DNA of 64,000 nt from Rhodospirillaceae bacterium. Lineage in GTDB: Bacteria > Pseudomonadota > Alphaproteobacteria > UBA6615. How positions within the stretch are numbered: the stretch's first letter is position 1; each line of letters begins with the position of its first letter. The stretch lies in the NCBI GenBank assembly GCA_038140435.1, contig JAYQGE010000017.1, positions 8,481 to 72,480 of the forward strand. The letters run 5' to 3'. Under the pieces are notes generated by a model that was not told the origin of the DNA, searched no databases, and saw only the letters and a program-made list of their open reading frames with translations. Shown here one piece after another: positions 62,599 to 64,000 of this stretch. The position numbers and the translations under genes were made by a program.

Positions 62599-63227
62599 CG
62601 CGCCGGCGTGTCGCCGAAGTTGATCGTGATCTCGATATTCTCGTTGGCGGAGCGCACGCGCCCGTCGTCCCACAGCACCGGATCGGCGTCCGGACCGCGG
62701 GTGAGCGAATAGCGCTCCGCGGGAAGCCCTGACCGCGCCATGCCGCTACCCGCCTGTGCCAGCAGCTCGTCGCCGGAGTAGGGCCGACCACGGCTGAGCG
62801 TCACCTTTCCGCCATGAACGACGATGTTCGCGCGCCAGTCGTCGCTGCCGCCGATGACCTTCTGCACCCGGCGGATAACGTTCTCGACCTCGCGGGCGGC
62901 GGCTGTCGGGCGGCTCACCACCTGGTTGCCGCTGACGTTGATGCGAAACGAAAGCGGTCCTGTCATCAGCCCGGGATCGAAACGGAACTCCCGCTGGAGC
63001 GCCGTGATGGCAGCGGCCTCCGTGGCGTTTCGGGCGTTCGCCATGTCCGCGGCGACCGTATCGAAACAGGCAAGCCTTTCGGTGCTGTCCGTGAGCGCGG
63101 CACAGCGGGCAACGTCGTCCCGCAGATCGCCATGGGCGGGCGTCCCGGCGAATGCCGCGACGGCGAGGAGCCCGGCCGCCAGGGGCATCGCGTATTTCTG
63201 AGCGGCGGTGATGCAGTTCGATACCAT
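62595..63227 (-). CDS. hypothetical secreted protein
   Basis: ORF 62595..63275. Signal-peptide-like PLAAGLLAVAAFAGTPAHG. No family recognised. Start is uncertain (63275, 63227 or 63188). Confidence 0.5.
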   Translation of the reverse strand: MVSNCITAAQKYAMPLAAGLLAVAAFAGTPAHGDLRDDVARCAALTDSTERLACFDTVAADMANARNATEAAAITALQREFRFDPGLMTGPLSFRINVSGNQVVSRPTAAAREVENVIRRVQKVIGGSDDWRANIVVHGGKVTLSRGRPYSGDELLAQAGSGMARSGLPAERYSLTRGPDADPVLWDDGRVRSANENIEITINFGDTPAR

Positions 63228-63321
63228 ACGGGAAAGATGGCAACTGCGTACGGCGCGATCAAGGTAGCCAAGCATTCGTGACCGGTTTGCCGATCATGCC
63301 GACACGCCTATATTGCCGCCC

Positions 63322-64000
63322 GTGAGCAGCACCGACAACAGCACCGTGAACAGTCTGGGGTTCGACCGCCCGCCGGCGGAGACGCGCGTCGTCGTCGCCA
63401 TGTCGGGCGGCGTTGACAGCTCGGTCACGGCGGCGCTGCTGCACGAGGAAGGCTACGACGTCGTCGGCATCACGCTGCAGCTCTACGATCACGGGGCGGC
63501 GACGGCGCGGGCCAAGGCCTGCTGCGCCGGGCAGGACATCTACGACGCACACCGCGTCGCCGACATGATCGGCTTTCCCCACTATGTCCTCGACTATGAA
63601 AGCCGGTTCCGCGAGGACGTAATCGAGAACTTCGCCGATGCGTATGTGCGCGGCGAGACGCCGATCCCCTGCGTGACCTGCAACCAGACGGTGAAGTTCC
63701 GCGATCTCGTCGCGACGGCGCGGGACCTGGGCGCCGATGCGCTCGCGACCGGCCATTATATCCGCCGTGAGGCGGAGCCGAACGGCGCGGAGCTGCACCG
63801 CGCCGTCGATGCGTCGCGCGACCAGAGCTATTTTCTGTTTGCGACGACCCATGAGCAGCTCGACTATCTGCGGTTCCCGCTCGGCGACATGCCCAAGGAC
63901 CGGGTGCGCGAACATGCCCGGCGGCTCGGCCTGGAGATCGCCGACAAGCCGGACAGCCAGGACATCTGCTTCGTGCCGGACGGCAAGTACGCCCAGATCG
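63322..64000 (+). CDS. mnmA: tRNA 2-thiouridine(34) synthase MnmA, N-terminal part (3' end outside window)
   Basis: Not in the ORF track because it runs off the window. My translation from GTG 63322 reads VSSTDNS...[14 protein letters not shown]...CCAGQD...[12 protein letters not shown]...ATGHY...DQSYFL. It has the PP-loop SGGVDS and conserved Cys residues. The listed antisense ORF 63259..63915 is spurious. Confidence 0.9.
   Translation, partial: MSSTDNSTVNSLGFDRPPAETRVVVAMSGGVDSSVTAALLHEEGYDVVGITLQLYDHGAATARAKACCAGQDIYDAHRVADMIGFPHYVLDYESRFREDVIENFADAYVRGETPIPCVTCNQTVKFRDLVATARDLGADALATGHYIRREAEPNGAELHRAVDASRDQSYFLFATTHEQLDYLRFPLGDMPKDRVREHARRLGLEIADKPDSQDICFVPDGKYAQI

Overview
GC-rich segment (roughly two-thirds G+C by eye, not computed) with alphaproteobacterial gene order. 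It is almost entirely densely packed core housekeeping genes: about 56 protein genes, with a largest non-coding gap of about 0.4 kb. By eye I found no rRNA, tRNA, CRISPR array, transposase, integrase, phage gene or recognisable defence gene.

Gene content, left to right:
- Ribosomal spc/alpha operon tail: rpsE(partial)-rpmD-rplO-secY-adk-rpsM-rpsK-rpoA-rplQ.
- HtrA-like protease, then rarA-crcB-rluC-like.
- AsmA-family protein and ATP12 chaperone.
- pccB and pccA (propionyl-CoA carboxylase), separated by an antiparallel two-gene module: a sensor adenylate cyclase plus a SAM methyltransferase.
- acyP, lipB, maeB, mgtE, S9 peptidase, maiA, DsbA-like protein, M48/TPR protease, GGT-like lipoprotein, aminotransferase.
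- rne, amiC, mrcA, and prfB with its classical +1 frameshift.
- eamA-DUF455-bcp-glnE, a YhdP-like protein, tyrS, anmK, a hydrolase.
- A long Fe-S/cysteine cluster: cysE, Rrf2 regulator, two NifS/IscS-like desulfurases, sufBCDS, SufU-type scaffold, SufT, SufA, ferredoxin.
- tenA, a hypothetical secreted protein, mnmA(partial).

I see no convincing novel multi-gene system. The most unusual directly visible signals are:
1. The cyclase and the methyltransferase are adjacent and ATGA-coupled, and each is interrupted by a single in-frame TAG while otherwise intact.
2. TAG is used as the stop codon very often: 26 of 55 stops by my manual tally.
3. Four of eight convergent gene pairs end on one shared palindromic CTAG.
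4. A GGT homologue lacks the nucleophile Thr motif.
5. The suf cluster is expanded, with three cysteine desulfurases and a SufU-type scaffold.

All protein calls rest on motif and family recognition by eye, not on database searches.
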